From: Candidatus Multivorans sp. | Lineage (GTDB): Bacteria > Acidobacteriota > Thermoanaerobaculia > Multivoradales > Multivoraceae | Direction of reading: 5' to 3' | Assembly (NCBI GenBank): GCA_965224025.1 | Contig: OZ245033.1 | Coordinates: 2,816,001 to 2,880,000, forward strand | DNA length: 64,000 nt | Part shown: piece by piece, positions 19,898 to 30,235 of the stretch | How positions within the stretch are numbered: the stretch's first letter is position 1 | How the letters are laid out: each line of letters opens with the position of its first letter | Program-made: the position numbers and the translations under genes | The notes under the pieces: model-generated | Told to the model about the DNA's origin: nothing | Database searches by the model: none | Seen by the model: only the letters and a program-made list of their open reading frames with translations

Positions 19898-22533
19898 ATG
19901 ACGACCTGGATGGAAACGGAGCCTGGTCGGCGGCGGAAAGCCGCGATCGTGTTGACGGCGCTGGCGATCGTTCTCACGAGCGGATCGTGCGGCGGCCCGA
20001 TGGCCCTGGAAGAGTCGAGCGTCGAGGACGAGATGGCAGCTCTGGTGGCGGAAGTCGGCCCCGACTGGGAGGTTGTGGAGGACTATGTCGAGAGTGAACG
20101 GACCTGGATGGCCCGGATCCTCGCGTCCGGCAGGGCCACGGACCACGACTCGTCCCCGAGCGTCGGAGAGGCGGCTGGAGCAACGCAGCGGGTCTTCGTG
20201 GTTCGCGCATCCGGCGATGGCGCCCCACCGCGTGCCGAAATGGAGCAGGCACTGCGAGCGGCGCTCGAGGCGGAGAACGGCGCCGACGTGGAGCAACGGC
20301 TGGGAGCGGTGCTCGAGGACCTGAACGGCGCCGAGCTCGTGGATCCCGAAGACGAGGACTCTTCTGTGAGCACTGCGGTCAACGAGACTCTGCGAGCGGC
20401 GCTCGCGGCGCAGCTTGGTGCCGAATCGGCGGACCTGCGGCGCGAAGACGAGGATGCGCCAGAGAGCACGGATGGCGGGACGTCCGACGCCCCCGACGTT
20501 CGTCGTGCGGCCGCCGCCGCCATCGCGATTCTGGAGGTCGGCGGGACACATGAGAAGACAGTGGAGGCCGCGGAGTTTCTCGTCAACTCCGCGGCGATGA
20601 CGCCGGGAGGTCAGAAGTACGCCTCCAGGGGCGCCAGGGCTCTGCTCGAGTACGCACCCGACTACGAGGGTTGGGGGTCGATGCTGCAGCGAATGCACCT
20701 GTTGGGGGGCGTCGGGCCGGACAGGGGGGCCGCGGCGGTTGCCTTCTTTGAGGAGTTGGCTTCCGGGACCGACGATCCGGTGCTGCGTGCCGCGGGCAGG
20801 TACTACGTCGCGGCCGGACGGATGCACTCCGCGAACGCTCCCGGGATGTCCGGGGAGGATCGCGCAGCCGAACGTCAGAGCGCCCTCAACCTGGCAACCG
20901 GCTTGAGCGATGGCGTAGAGGACGAGAAGCTGCCAGGTGACGCGCGGACCTTCGCGGATGCGGAGGCCGACCTCACCCGCGGCATACGCCACGGGACCGT
21001 GGGCAGCAAGGTCCCGGACCTTGTGGGCAGTCGGCTGGATGGCGCCCCCGAACGCCTCTTGGACTACAGGGGCCGTGTGGTGCTCCTCGATTTCTGGGCA
21101 ACCTGGTGCGGGCCGTGCGTGGCCGCGCTGCCGCAGAAACGACAACTCGTTGCCGACCTCCCAGCGGACCGATTCGCTCTCCTGTCGATCAGTGTCGATG
21201 CGGAGCTCGAAACCGTGACCGGATTCATGGAGGACGAGCCCATGCCGTGGGCGAACTGGCATGTTGGAATGGCGAGCGAGATCGCACGTACCCTGAATGT
21301 CGGCTCCTACCCGACCTACGTTCTCATTGACGAGCACGGTGAGATTCTCGAAAGGACGAACCACCTCCCCGATGATTTTGTGACGCTCATCGAGGAAGCG
21401 GTCGGGCGTGGCCGGGCGGCGAGCGTCGAGGATGAGTTCGCGGCGTTGGTGAGGCGGTTGGCCCCGACTGGGAGGTCGTCGAGGAGTTCCACGACCGGCA
21501 GCGCGAGTGGTCGGAGCGTTTCCGCGAGCTCAGCATGAGCGACGTTTCCGAAAAGAGCCTTCAGGAACTTGGTCGCGAGCAACCGGACATCGGCCGTGCC
21601 GCGGTCGCGGCTACGGCGATACTCGACGCAGGCGGCGAACACGAGAAGACGATTCAGGCCGCGGAGTTTCTCGTGCTCCACGCGGGCCTCAGGGCAGGTG
21701 GGGACGAACACGCCTACCGGGGAGCCAAGGCTCTTCTCGCGTACGCACCCGACTACGAAGAGTGGCGGATGGTCCTGAGTCGACTGGACATGCTCCGGCA
21801 TTTCGGCGAGGACGGGAAGTCGTCCCGGCCCCTGGTCGATACCTTCTTCGAGGAGTTGGTGTCGGACGCCGAAGATCCGGTTCTGCGGGGCGCGGGGCGT
21901 TACTACCTGGCGACGGGTCTGCTGGAGGCGGTGAACGTCTCCGGATTGTCCCCGGAAGACCGTGCCGCCAGACGCCAGGATGCCCTCGACGCGGCGGAGG
22001 AGCTTAGCGCGGGCGTGGAGGAGGAGGAGTTCCCTGGTGCCGGGCTCGCCACGATGACATTCGCGGACGCGGAGGCCCAACTGATTCAGACCATACGGCA
22101 CGCGACCGTGGGGAGTACCCCGCCGGAACTCATGGGCAGTACGGTCGATGGCGGCCGGGAGAGTCTGTCGGACTACAGGGGCCGGGTCGCCCTCGTCGAT
22201 TTCTGGGCGACCTGGTGTAAACCGTGCATCGCGGCGTTGCCGAAGCTCCGCGAGCTGGTCGCCGATCTTCCGGCGGATCGGTTCACCCTGCTGGCCATCA
22301 GCGTGGACGCGAAGCTCGAAACCGTGACGGAGTTCCTGGAGGACGAGCCGATGCCCTGGTCGAACTGGCATGTCGGGACGGGGAGCGAAGTCACCCGGAC
22401 CCTCGACGTCAGTTCCTACCCCACCTACATACTGATCGACGAGCACGGCGAGATCCTGGCCAGGACCGGCGGCCTGAAGGACGACTTCCTGTCCATGATC
22501 GAGGAGGCCGTCGAGCAGGTCCCGGCTGCTTGA
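19898..22533 (+). CDS. Tandem two-module TlpA/thioredoxin-like disulfide reductase lipoprotein, split by a frameshift near 21450 (ORFs 19898-21538 and 21535-22533)
   Basis: SGSC lipobox; DFWATWCGPC and DFWATWCKPC. The repeat start SVEDE(M/F)AALV.EVGPDWEVVE occurs at the N-terminus and again across the frame junction at 21451. Confidence 0.8.
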
Positions 22534-22623
22534 GGAGGCCGCCGAACCGTTTCCGGGGCCGACCGGGCGAGTACCCGGCTACGGGGAACGACGGAGTCGA
22601 TAGAGGTATCGTAGGGCTCGTTC

Positions 22624-23958
22624 ATGCGTAGTCTCCGGTATCTGCTCGTCGCCGCGGTCTTCCCGTTTGCCGTCCTCGCGTCTCAGGCGGCCGGTTCCGC
22701 CCAGAATCTCGCCGACGCGATCGCCGAGGACTACCGGACGGAGTTGAAGTCGCTCTTCGAGCACTTCCACCGCAACCCGGAACTCTCCTTCCTCGAACAC
22801 AAGACGGCGGCGCGGGTCGCCGACGAACTGCGGAAGTCGGGCGTCGAGGTCACTGACGGCATCGGCCGCACAGGCATCGTCGGCATGATGGAGAACGGCG
22901 CCGGCCCGCTGGTCCTGGTGCGGGCCGACATGGACGGCCTGCCGGTGGCGGAGAGATCCGAGCTGCCCTACGCCTCGACGGCGACCCAGGTCGACCTCTC
23001 GGGCAAGGAAGTGCCGGTCATGCACGCCTGCGGCCACGACATGCACATCACGACGATGGTCGGCGTGGCGCGCCGGCTCGCCGCGATGCGCGACCAGTGG
23101 TCGGGAACGGTCATGTTCGTGGGCCAGCCGGCGGAAGAACGGATCATGGGCGCCCGCGAGATGCTCGAGGACGGCCTCTACGAGCGCTTCGGCGTACCGG
23201 ACTACGCTTTGGCCTTGCATGTGTCGGCGGGCAAACCGGCCGGGAAGATCGAGGTGCCGCCGGGCCTGCTGGCGTCGTCGTCGGACAGCGTCGACATTAC
23301 TGTCTTCGGTATCGGTGCGCACGGCGCGTCTCCTCATCGGGGCAAGGACCCGATCTACATCGCGGCGCAGCTTGTCGTGGCGCTCCAGGGCATCGTCAGC
23401 CGGGAGTTGAACCCGCTCGACCCCGGCGTGGTCACGGTGGGGGCGATTCACGGCGGCTTCAAGCACAACGTGATCCCCGACCGCGTCGAACTGCAACTCA
23501 CGGTGCGGGCGAACAGCGAAGAGACGCGCGAGCAGTTGTTGTCGGCGATCGAGCGGATCGCCGAGGGTGTGGGCCGGGCTGCCGGACTGCCTGCTTCGCT
23601 GCTGCCGAAGGTCGTGCGCACGAAGGAATCGACACCGGTGACGGTGAACGACCCGGAAATGGCGGCCAGGGTGCGGGCGGCGATTGCCGGCGGCATGGGC
23701 GAGGATGTGTTCCATAGTGAGCCACCTTCCGGCATGGGCGCCGAGGACTTCGCTTACTTCGTGCGCACGGAGCACGAAGTGCCGGGAACGTACTTCAATG
23801 TGGGGGGCACGTCGCAAGCCGACCTGGAGGCCGAGGCGGAAGGTGGACCGCCGGTGCCGTCGCATCACTCGCCGTTCTTCCGCATCGAGCCGGAACCGGC
23901 GATTCGGGCCGGTGTCGAGGCGATGACGCTGGCGGTGCTCGACCTGCTTCAGCCGTAG
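22624..23958 (+). CDS. M20D amidohydrolase (hippuricase-like), secreted
   Basis: Signal peptide, HRNPELS, RADMDGLP, MHACGHDMH, QPAEE, GAEDF, HHSPFF. Confidence 0.92.
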   Translation: MRSLRYLLVAAVFPFAVLASQAAGSAQNLADAIAEDYRTELKSLFEHFHRNPELSFLEHKTAARVADELRKSGVEVTDGIGRTGIVGMMENGAGPLVLVRADMDGLPVAERSELPYASTATQVDLSGKEVPVMHACGHDMHITTMVGVARRLAAMRDQWSGTVMFVGQPAEERIMGAREMLEDGLYERFGVPDYALALHVSAGKPAGKIEVPPGLLASSSDSVDITVFGIGAHGASPHRGKDPIYIAAQLVVALQGIVSRELNPLDPGVVTVGAIHGGFKHNVIPDRVELQLTVRANSEETREQLLSAIERIAEGVGRAAGLPASLLPKVVRTKESTPVTVNDPEMAARVRAAIAGGMGEDVFHSEPPSGMGAEDFAYFVRTEHEVPGTYFNVGGTSQADLEAEAEGGPPVPSHHSPFFRIEPEPAIRAGVEAMTLAVLDLLQP

Positions 23959-23962
23959 GCCG

Positions 23963-24631
23963 ATGCCCGAGCCCGAAGGCCCCTTCGAGCAGATTCCGGA
24001 GGCCGCGCTGGGGAAGGTCCTCGCCGAGCTGGAGCGGCTCTACCCAAACGCGGACTGCGAACTCCGCCACGAGAACGCGCTCCAGCTCCTGATCGCGACG
24101 ATCCTCTCGGCGCAGTCGACCGATGTACGCGTGAATCTGGTCACGGCAACCCTGTTCGCGCGCTACCGGTCTGCTTTGGAGTTCGCGGCGGCCGATCCGG
24201 CGGTCTTCGAGCAGGAGATCCGCGGCACCGGCTTCTTCCGCAACAAGACGAAGAGCGTGCTCGGCGCGGCCAGGAAGATCGTCCAAGACTTCGGCGGCGA
24301 AGTGCCGGACACGATGGAGGAACTCGTCACCCTCCCGGGCGTGGCGCGGAAGACGGCGAACGTCGTGCTCGGAACCTGGTTCAAGAAGCCGGTCGGCGTC
24401 GTCGTCGACACCCACATCGGGCGACTTGCGCGCCGTCTGGGCATCACTCGGGAGACGGATCCGGTCCGGGTGGAGCGGGATCTGATGCACCGGCTGCCGC
24501 AGGACAAGTGGATCTTCGCCGGCCACGCGATCATCTGGCATGGCCGCCGCGTCTGTGCGGCGCGGCGGCCCGACTGCGCGAACTGCACGTTGGCCGAGTG
24601 GTGTCCGCGCAACGGGCTGCCGGACGTCTAG
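23963..24631 (+). CDS. nth: Endonuclease III
   Basis: LLIATILSAQSTD, HhH LPGVARKTANVV, VDTH, Fe-S motif CAARRPDCANCTLAEWC. Confidence 0.95.
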   Translation: MPEPEGPFEQIPEAALGKVLAELERLYPNADCELRHENALQLLIATILSAQSTDVRVNLVTATLFARYRSALEFAAADPAVFEQEIRGTGFFRNKTKSVLGAARKIVQDFGGEVPDTMEELVTLPGVARKTANVVLGTWFKKPVGVVVDTHIGRLARRLGITRETDPVRVERDLMHRLPQDKWIFAGHAIIWHGRRVCAARRPDCANCTLAEWCPRNGLPDV

Positions 24632-24725
24632 CGCGCGAAGCGCATCGGTAGCTGCCGCCTCGTGCCGGGGAATCCTGGGTACGCAGGCACCGGCTTCAAT
24701 GGTGCTGCTAGGCTGCCTCGGCTTT

Positions 24726-27596
24726 ATGGGGAAGCGAATCGGTAGTCCGCCGCTTCAGCGTGTGCTAGTGCTGCTGCTGGCGGCTATGCCGCTGTTTGCG
24801 GGGCCCCCTCCGGAGCCGCCGCCGTTCTATGCGATCCAGGGCGCGAGAGTCGAGGTCGGCAATGGCACGGTGGTCGAGCAGGCGACGGTCGTCATCGAGA
24901 ACGGGACGATCACGGCGGTGGCGGAGGATGCGGCCATTCCGCCTCATGCCTGGGTCGTCGACGGCGAGGGGCTGACGGTGTACCCGGGGCTCATAGACGC
25001 GATGGGTCGCCTGCTGCAACCGCGGCGGCCTTCCGGCGGACCTGGTGCGGGCGGACTTGGCCCGGGTGGTCCCAGACGACTCCCGGATCCGGGCAGCCCC
25101 CTGCCGCGCGGTCCGGAGGACCGCCCGCAGACGACGCCGTGGAAACGGGCGGCCGACGACCTGACGCTCGACGCGAAAGCGGTCGAATCGTGGCGCAAGG
25201 CGGGGTTCACGTCGGTCGCGGCACGGCCCGGCGACGGGCTGTTCCCAGGCCTGCTGTCCCTGGTGCGGTTGGGCGCTCCGGGGCGCGATCCGGAGCACCA
25301 GGTGGTTGCCCCCGAGCTTGCGCAGATGGCGTCTTTCAGCGGCGGAGGCGGCTTTGGCTCCTACCCCGGCGCGTTGATGGGTCGGATCGCCTACCTGCGG
25401 CAGTTGCTGTTGGACGCGAGCCACTACGCCTCGGCGGTTGCCGCCTACGAGGCTGACCCCGCCGGTTGGAGGCGGCCCGACTTCGATCCGACGCTGGCGC
25501 CCCTGGCGGCGGTTGCGTCGGGCGAAGAGTGGATCCTGCTGCCTGGCTCGAGCGCTGCCGAAATCGTCCGGGCGCTCCGGCTCGGCGAGGAGCTCGGTCT
25601 CGACTTCATGATCTACGGCGGCCAGGAGGGGTACCGACTGGCTGGGGAACTGGTGGAGGCCGGCGTACCGCTGCTGATCGACGTCGATTGGCCGGCGCCG
25701 TTGGCCGAGCGCGACCGGGATCCGGATGCGGATCGGCCCTTGCGGCAGATCCTCCATGAGCGGCTGGCGCCGTCAACGCCGGCGGAACTGGCGGACGCCG
25801 GGGCGCGGTTTGCGTTGAGTTCCGGTGGCGCAAACAGCCCGGACGAGTTCCTCGCCGGCGTGCGTCGCGCGATTGAAGGAGGCCTGGAACCGGCGCGAGC
25901 GCTCACGGCGCTGACCCGCGACGCGGCGGCGGTCTACGGTCTGGAGGATCGGATCGGCACGGTGTCCGAAGGAATGGCGGCCGACCTGGTGCTGGCCGAC
26001 GGCTACCCCTGGCTGGAGTCGACCCGGGTTGAGGCGGTGTTCATCGACGGCCGCCGCTACGCCGTATCAGACGGTGAAGGCGCCGAGGACGCAGAGGAGG
26101 ACGGCGGAAGCGCCGAGGACGCCGAGGAAGGGACGCTCCAGGCGGAATCGGCCGAGGACGCCGAGGAGCCGGACGAGCCGCGGCGGCGGGGACGCGGCCC
26201 ACGAGGCCCACGCGGTCCGGGTGGCCAACGCGGAGACTCGAGCGTTGCCCCGGCGCCGATGCGGTTGGCCGAGGTGGCGGAGAAGTACGAGGAGGTCGCC
26301 GGCGACTCCGGGGTGCCGATGACGGGCCCATACCGCGAGGACGACGTGCTCGCGATCGTCGGCGGGACGGTCCTGACCATGGCCGGCGAGACGATCGAGA
26401 ACGGCACGGTGGTGGTGCGGGACGGCAGGATCGCGCGGGTCGGCAGCGGTGTCAGACCGCCCCGGAACGCGCATGTGATCGACGCCGCCGGGGGCTACGT
26501 GATCCCGGGCATCATCGACGCCCACTCGCACATCGCCGCCGAGGGCGGCATCAACGAGGGCAGCCTGGCGGTGACCTCCATGGTGCGGGTCGCCGACGTG
26601 GTCGATCCAACCGACATCGGGATCTACCGCGCGCTGGCCGGAGGGGTCACGACGATCAACGTCCTGCACGGCAGCGCGAACCCGATCGGCGGTCAGAACC
26701 AGGTGCTCAAACTGCGCTGGGGCCAGGACGCCGACGGCATGCGCTTCGACGGCGCGCCGCCCGGCATCAAGTTCGCGCTCGGTGAGAATCCGAAGCGGTC
26801 GCGGTCCTTCGGTCAGGGTCTGCGGCGCTATCCGGCGACCCGCATGGGTGTGCTGGACGTGATCCGGCAGGCGTTCACCGAGGCCGCCGAGTACCAGGCG
26901 GCGTGGGCGCGTCACCGCGAGGCGGAAGCCGCCGGTGAGCGCAGCCGGCCGCCGGCTCGCGACCTGGAGCTCGAGGCGCTGGTCGAGATCCTGGAAGGAC
27001 GCCGCCTGGTGCACGCCCACAGCTACCGCGCCGACGAGATCCTGCAGTTGCTGCGTCTGGCGGAGGAGCTGGGCTTCCGGATCGCGACCCTGCAGCACGT
27101 GCTCGAGGGCTACCGGGTCGCGGACGAGATCGCGGCCCACGGCGCCGGGGCTTCGACCTTCTCCGACTGGTGGGCGTACAAGGTCGAGGCCTACGAGGCG
27201 ATCCCCTATAACGCCGCGCTGATGACCGACCGCGGCGTCGTCGTGTCGATCAACTCGGATGACGCGGAGGAGATGCGCCACCTGAACCACGAGGCGGCCA
27301 AGGCGGTCAAGTGGGGTGGGCTAAGCGACGACCAGGCGCTTGCCCTGGTCACGATCAACCCGGCGAAGCAGCTTCGGATCGACGACCGCGTCGGTTCGAT
27401 CGAGGTCGGCAAGGACGCGGATCTCGTCGTCTACGACGGGCATCCGCTGAGCTCCTACGCGGTGGTCCAGACCACCCTGGTCGACGGCAAGGTCTACTTC
27501 GACCGCGAGTTGGATCGGGTGCGCCAGGGAAACCTGGCCGCGCTGGAACAGTCGCTGATGGAGTTGGACGACGAAGACGGTGGAGAAGCGCCGTGA
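24726..27596 (+). CDS. Secreted two-domain amidohydrolase-family protein
   Basis: Two urease-like beta-sandwich/TIM repeats (VYPGLIDA...ADLVL; IPGIIDAHSH...KFALGENPK...HSY...QH...NSD...DADLVV). Start uncertain (ATG 24726). Confidence 0.85.
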   Translation: MGKRIGSPPLQRVLVLLLAAMPLFAGPPPEPPPFYAIQGARVEVGNGTVVEQATVVIENGTITAVAEDAAIPPHAWVVDGEGLTVYPGLIDAMGRLLQPRRPSGGPGAGGLGPGGPRRLPDPGSPLPRGPEDRPQTTPWKRAADDLTLDAKAVESWRKAGFTSVAARPGDGLFPGLLSLVRLGAPGRDPEHQVVAPELAQMASFSGGGGFGSYPGALMGRIAYLRQLLLDASHYASAVAAYEADPAGWRRPDFDPTLAPLAAVASGEEWILLPGSSAAEIVRALRLGEELGLDFMIYGGQEGYRLAGELVEAGVPLLIDVDWPAPLAERDRDPDADRPLRQILHERLAPSTPAELADAGARFALSSGGANSPDEFLAGVRRAIEGGLEPARALTALTRDAAAVYGLEDRIGTVSEGMAADLVLADGYPWLESTRVEAVFIDGRRYAVSDGEGAEDAEEDGGSAEDAEEGTLQAESAEDAEEPDEPRRRGRGPRGPRGPGGQRGDSSVAPAPMRLAEVAEKYEEVAGDSGVPMTGPYREDDVLAIVGGTVLTMAGETIENGTVVVRDGRIARVGSGVRPPRNAHVIDAAGGYVIPGIIDAHSHIAAEGGINEGSLAVTSMVRVADVVDPTDIGIYRALAGGVTTINVLHGSANPIGGQNQVLKLRWGQDADGMRFDGAPPGIKFALGENPKRSRSFGQGLRRYPATRMGVLDVIRQAFTEAAEYQAAWARHREAEAAGERSRPPARDLELEALVEILEGRRLVHAHSYRADEILQLLRLAEELGFRIATLQHVLEGYRVADEIAAHGAGASTFSDWWAYKVEAYEAIPYNAALMTDRGVVVSINSDDAEEMRHLNHEAAKAVKWGGLSDDQALALVTINPAKQLRIDDRVGSIEVGKDADLVVYDGHPLSSYAVVQTTLVDGKVYFDRELDRVRQGNLAALEQSLMELDDEDGGEAP

Positions 27597-28906
27597 GCGG
27601 GGCCGGGACGAGGACGATCCGGGCGTCGTTGCGATCGGTCACCGCCGGGCTGCTGACCCTGGCCGCGGCGCTGGTCCCGGCAACGGCCGCGGCGCAGACG
27701 CTCGCGATCGAGGGCGGTACGGTGCATCCGGTCTCGGCGCCGTCCTATGTCGGCACGGTGATCGTGCGCGACGGCCTGATCGAGGCTTCGGGCCCGGAGG
27801 TCGTGGTGCCCGCCGACGCCGAAGTGATCGACGCCGCCGGGCTGCACGTCTATCCCGGCCTGCTCAACGCCTTCACCTCGGTGGGCCTGGTCGAGATCGG
27901 CTCGATCGCGGCCACGCAGGACGACAGCGAACCGGGCGACACGCCCCACCTGCGGGCGCTGGAGGCGATCCACCCCGCGAGCGAGATCATCCCGGTGACC
28001 CGGGCGAACGGCATCACGCACGTGCTGTCGGCGCCCGACGGCGGCCCCTGGGCTGGCCAGGCGTCGGCGATCCTTCTCGACGGATGGACCGTGGAGGAGA
28101 TGGCGGTCGAGCCCAGCGTGGGTATGGTGCTCGAGTGGCCCAGCCTCGCGACTCGCGAGTTCGACTTCTCGACCTTCAGCGTGCGCGAAAAGAAGTTCTC
28201 CGAGGCGAAGAAGGACTACGACCGCACGATCGAGGAACTCGCCGACTGGATCGGCGCGGCCCGCCAGTACGACCAGGCCCGGTCTGCCGCCGGCGCCGGA
28301 GCGGCGGTGGAGCAGAACCACGCCCTGGAGGCCGTCGCGAAGGTCGCCCGGGGCGAGTTGCCCCTGATCGTCGTTGCCGACCGGGCGCGCGCGATCCGGG
28401 ATGCCGCGGCGTTTGCCGAGGAGCACGAGCTGCGACTGGTGCTGGCTTCGGGACGCGACGCGGCGCAGGAAGCCGAGCTGCTCGCCGCGAAGGGCATACC
28501 GGTGATCCTGGGCGCCGTCCAGGCCCTGCCGGTGCAGGAGGACGACGCCTACGACGACCCCTTCACGTCGCCCGGTGATCTCCACCGGGCCGGCGTTCCG
28601 ATCGCCTTCGGCACCTTCGACTCGTCGAGCGCCCGGGTTCTGCCCTACGAGGTCGCCACGGCCGTCGCCCATGGTCTCGAGGGGGACGCCGCGCTGCACG
28701 CCCTGACCCTGGGCGCCGCGAAGATCCTCGGTCTCGACGACCGCCTGGGTTCGATCGACGCGGGCAAGTGGGCCAACCTGATCGTCACCGACGGCGATCC
28801 GCTCGAAGTCCGGACCTCGGTGCGCGAGGTGATCATCCGCGGCCGCTCCGTCGACCTGGCGAACCGGCACAGCCGGTCGTACGATCGATACAGCAGCCGG
28901 CCCTAG
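27593..28906 (+). CDS. Secreted amidohydrolase-family protein (metal ligands degenerate)
   Basis: GTG overlaps the upstream TGA; signal peptide; VYPGLLNA, GSIDAGKWANLIVTDGDPL. Confidence 0.85.
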   Translation: MSGAGTRTIRASLRSVTAGLLTLAAALVPATAAAQTLAIEGGTVHPVSAPSYVGTVIVRDGLIEASGPEVVVPADAEVIDAAGLHVYPGLLNAFTSVGLVEIGSIAATQDDSEPGDTPHLRALEAIHPASEIIPVTRANGITHVLSAPDGGPWAGQASAILLDGWTVEEMAVEPSVGMVLEWPSLATREFDFSTFSVREKKFSEAKKDYDRTIEELADWIGAARQYDQARSAAGAGAAVEQNHALEAVAKVARGELPLIVVADRARAIRDAAAFAEEHELRLVLASGRDAAQEAELLAAKGIPVILGAVQALPVQEDDAYDDPFTSPGDLHRAGVPIAFGTFDSSSARVLPYEVATAVAHGLEGDAALHALTLGAAKILGLDDRLGSIDAGKWANLIVTDGDPLEVRTSVREVIIRGRSVDLANRHSRSYDRYSSRP

Positions 28907-29292
28907 TGCGCCCCCAAAGCCGCCGACTTCCCGTGCGCAACACAAGCGATCACGAATCTGTCCCGAGCGGCGAAACGGTGATCGTGACGCCGCATGGCGG
29001 CATTCTCACGTTCGGGGAAGTGATGGATTGGCTCGGTCTCGTCGGCACTCCGGGTGACTTTCTCTCGGGGCCCTTGCCGGAGGTGGTTGAGGTCGGGGCG
29101 GCGCCCGCCGGTCGCTACGCGGTTGCCGAGGCGCCGGCTTCGTGGAGCTACGTCGACGCGTGCTACGGGGGACTGGCTACCGATGGAGCCTGGCAGGTCC
29201 TGGTACCGGGCAGCCGGCTGGAACTCGATTTCGACTTCGGATGGGAGACCGGAACCTCACTGGCCCACTTCCCGTCGGAACTGTTTCAATAG
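28906..29292 (+). CDS. Hypothetical protein
   Basis: Open frame filling the gap between genes, with GTG overlapping the upstream stop. No recognised motif. Confidence 0.4.
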   Translation: MRPQSRRLPVRNTSDHESVPSGETVIVTPHGGILTFGEVMDWLGLVGTPGDFLSGPLPEVVEVGAAPAGRYAVAEAPASWSYVDACYGGLATDGAWQVLVPGSRLELDFDFGWETGTSLAHFPSELFQ

Positions 29293-29341
29293 AGTCGGTC
29301 GGGTCGCGCCCGCCGCGTTCTGGTCCGCCGCGGACGGCCTG

Positions 29342-29893
29342 CTACGGCTCCTGGCTTGAGGCCGACTCCGCTTCCTGTGCCTGGAGCAGGCTGATGACCC
29401 GCTGGGTGAGGTCAACTCGTGCGCTGGCGTGGAGCACGCCACCGATGCTGGCGTTCAGGATCAGGTCGTAGCCGCCCTCGTCGATCAACTGCTGGACGAT
29501 CGGGCGCAGCCGCTCGTTGATCTCTTGCAGCGCTTCCTCTTCCCTCTTCGACGCGCGGCGCTGGGCATCGTCAGCCAGACGCTGCGACTCCCGCTGCAGA
29601 TCCTCGATCTCGTGCTGGATGCCGCGGAGTTCGTCCGGCCCCTTGTCGGCCGCGCTCTGGCGCAGGGTCTGCTGCTGGTTGGCATTGGCTTCGAGTGCCG
29701 CCCGGGTCGTGGTCTGGACCTGTTGCAGAAACGCCGCGAGTTCCTTCCCCTCCCGCGCTTCGGCGACCACGAGTTCGACGTTGATCACGGCGATGCGAAC
29801 GCCGCCGGTTGCCGTTTCCTGGGCATACAGTGAGGGCGCGGCGGCGGCCAGTAACAGGATCTGAAGCGAACAGACTGCTAGACGACGGGTCAT
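29342..29893 (-). CDS. OmpH/Skp-family periplasmic chaperone
   Basis: Signal peptide, RIAVINVELV, long coiled coil, GYDLILN...VDLTQRVI. Confidence 0.85.
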   Translation of the reverse strand: MTRRLAVCSLQILLLAAAAPSLYAQETATGGVRIAVINVELVVAEAREGKELAAFLQQVQTTTRAALEANANQQQTLRQSAADKGPDELRGIQHEIEDLQRESQRLADDAQRRASKREEEALQEINERLRPIVQQLIDEGGYDLILNASIGGVLHASARVDLTQRVISLLQAQEAESASSQEP

Positions 29894-30231
29894 TGGGACT
29901 CTCCACCTGGGGTGTAGATCGGCAGGGGGAATGGGGTGACTTTCCGGCTCTCCCGCCGTTCGAGATCGCGGATGCGGGCCGTACCCTGCTTCGTGACCTG
30001 ATCGATGCGCAGCACCGAGTGCATCGGCAGATAGGTGCGCCTCACGCCGCTGAACTCGCGCTGGAGGCGTTCTTCCGAGGGATCGACGACGACCTGGGTC
30101 TTCTCGCCGAACACGAGTTCGCCGATCTGGACAAAGCCGAGCAGACCGCCCTGGGCGACTGAGCGGGCGTACACCTCGTAAACCTCGCCCTGGCTCAGAA
30201 ACGTCACCCGGTAGATCAGGTCGTCGGACAC
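29890..30231 (-). CDS. DUF1820 family protein
   Basis: IYRVTFLSQGEVYEVYAR, VVVDPSEERLQREFSGVRRTYLPMHSVLRIDQV. Confidence 0.85.
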   Translation of the reverse strand: MSDDLIYRVTFLSQGEVYEVYARSVAQGGLLGFVQIGELVFGEKTQVVVDPSEERLQREFSGVRRTYLPMHSVLRIDQVTKQGTARIRDLERRESRKVTPFPLPIYTPGGESQ

Positions 30232-30235
30232 GGGT

